Origin: Harriotta raleighana | Taxonomy: Eukaryota | Direction: 5' to 3' | Assembly: GCA_050575255.1 (NCBI GenBank) | Contig: JBNZDD010013628.1 | Location: 839,396 to 903,395, forward strand | DNA length: 64,000 nt | The notes under the pieces: model-generated | What the model was told of the DNA's origin: nothing | Seen by the model: only the letters and a program-made list of their open reading frames with translations | The model's database searches: none | Made by a program: the position numbers and the translations under genes | In this document: positions 62,991 to 64,000 of the stretch, in pieces | Numbering within the stretch: the stretch's first letter is position 1 | How the letters are laid out: each line of letters starts with the position of its first letter

Positions 62991-64000
62991 GAGAAGCCAA
63001 GTGAATGCAGTTGTGGGATGGTGATTGGTCAAAAAGAGATAATTTCAAAAGCCCCAATGCCTTCCTCTCTGTTCCAAAGACTGGTTATGATGGACAGACT
63101 CTCCCTGGCTTTGCAATTACAAAGGATGCAAGTTTATCTTTAGTATAAACTTTTTATGAGCAGGCAGGTAACAAAGAACAATAATTTACACTTTTATGGT
63201 ATCTGTATGTGGACCACAGTGGTCTTTTCTGGGGCCTATACATTTCTGCATTCCTATTTTACGCTGTAGTGTCAAAATCACTGCTGAAGTCTTCAAAATA
63301 TTACAAGAATATATGATAAAATGTTTATAACAGCGGGCTCTGGTCTGCTCCATATCTTCTGCCCTACTCATCCTTCCATCGGTGGCCAGGCTTTTGCTGT
63401 TGTTGTTGTAGAATTACAGACAGTAGTTGATGCCTACCAAACTGCCTCAGGGGTTACATAAGTAACTGAGAGTGTGATGCATTGCTTAGAGCCAAAGGCT
63501 ATAAGCACAATTACCCATACAAGGTCATGTCTGCAATCTCAGGAGGAGGGGAGAGTTTACTGCAATAGCCTAAAAACAGGTGCTGTTGCAAAATATTTTG
63601 ATAGCTGCATTTTCTCAAGGAGCATATTTGAAAAATACTTTGACACTTACCATTGGGTTTTTTTCTATGCCATTTGATTCTTTTCGGACATCCTGCCAGC
63701 TTCTTCTGTCTGCCTGAACCAAATTAATGCACGAGCCAAGTATCAACTACAGGCTACATTTCCATTCGCTATTTTAATTGACAATTTTCTCACGGCAGTT
63801 CATATGATAGACACAAATGGTAAACCGAGGAATAACTAAAGGTTTTTAATGACTCCCTCCCATTGTACCTTTTTTTAATGTTGTTTTTGTTTTATTGATC
63901 TGAATGTCCAAGGCCTGATGTAGATATTGACTGATGTAGATATTATGAACTGTAGAGCAATGAACCTGCTCTTATGTTCCACAGCATTCCTGCAACATCA

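Overview
Eukaryotic, AT-rich vertebrate DNA with no complete gene: a gene desert or very large intron. The repeat complement points to a cartilaginous fish, most likely a chimaera/holocephalan (inference from repeat families only). It includes L2-clade LINE 3' fragments with (TTG)n tails, CR1 LINE fragments, two tRNA-headed SINE types sharing an L2-like 3' tail (one with a Deu-type domain), TA-flanked Tc1/mariner-pogo-type MITEs and one Penelope-like GIY-YIG remnant. Nearly all long ORFs in the track are decayed LINE ORF2 pieces or their antisense. I found no rRNA, true tRNA or CRISPR. The best non-repeat coding candidate is an unidentified 124-nt minus-strand exon (26979-27102). Most notable observations: a decayed minimal hammerhead ribozyme in the Penelope terminal region; a covarying 3' stem-loop shared by two L2 lineages and the SINEs; many ~60-bp solo L2 tails; repeated L2 insertion into the SINE tail; several long hairpins; and TE-free CNE-like blocks. 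I see no convincing wholly new system. Boundaries of old repeats are approximate (about +/-20-50 bp), and single-N-joined duplications look like assembly artefacts.
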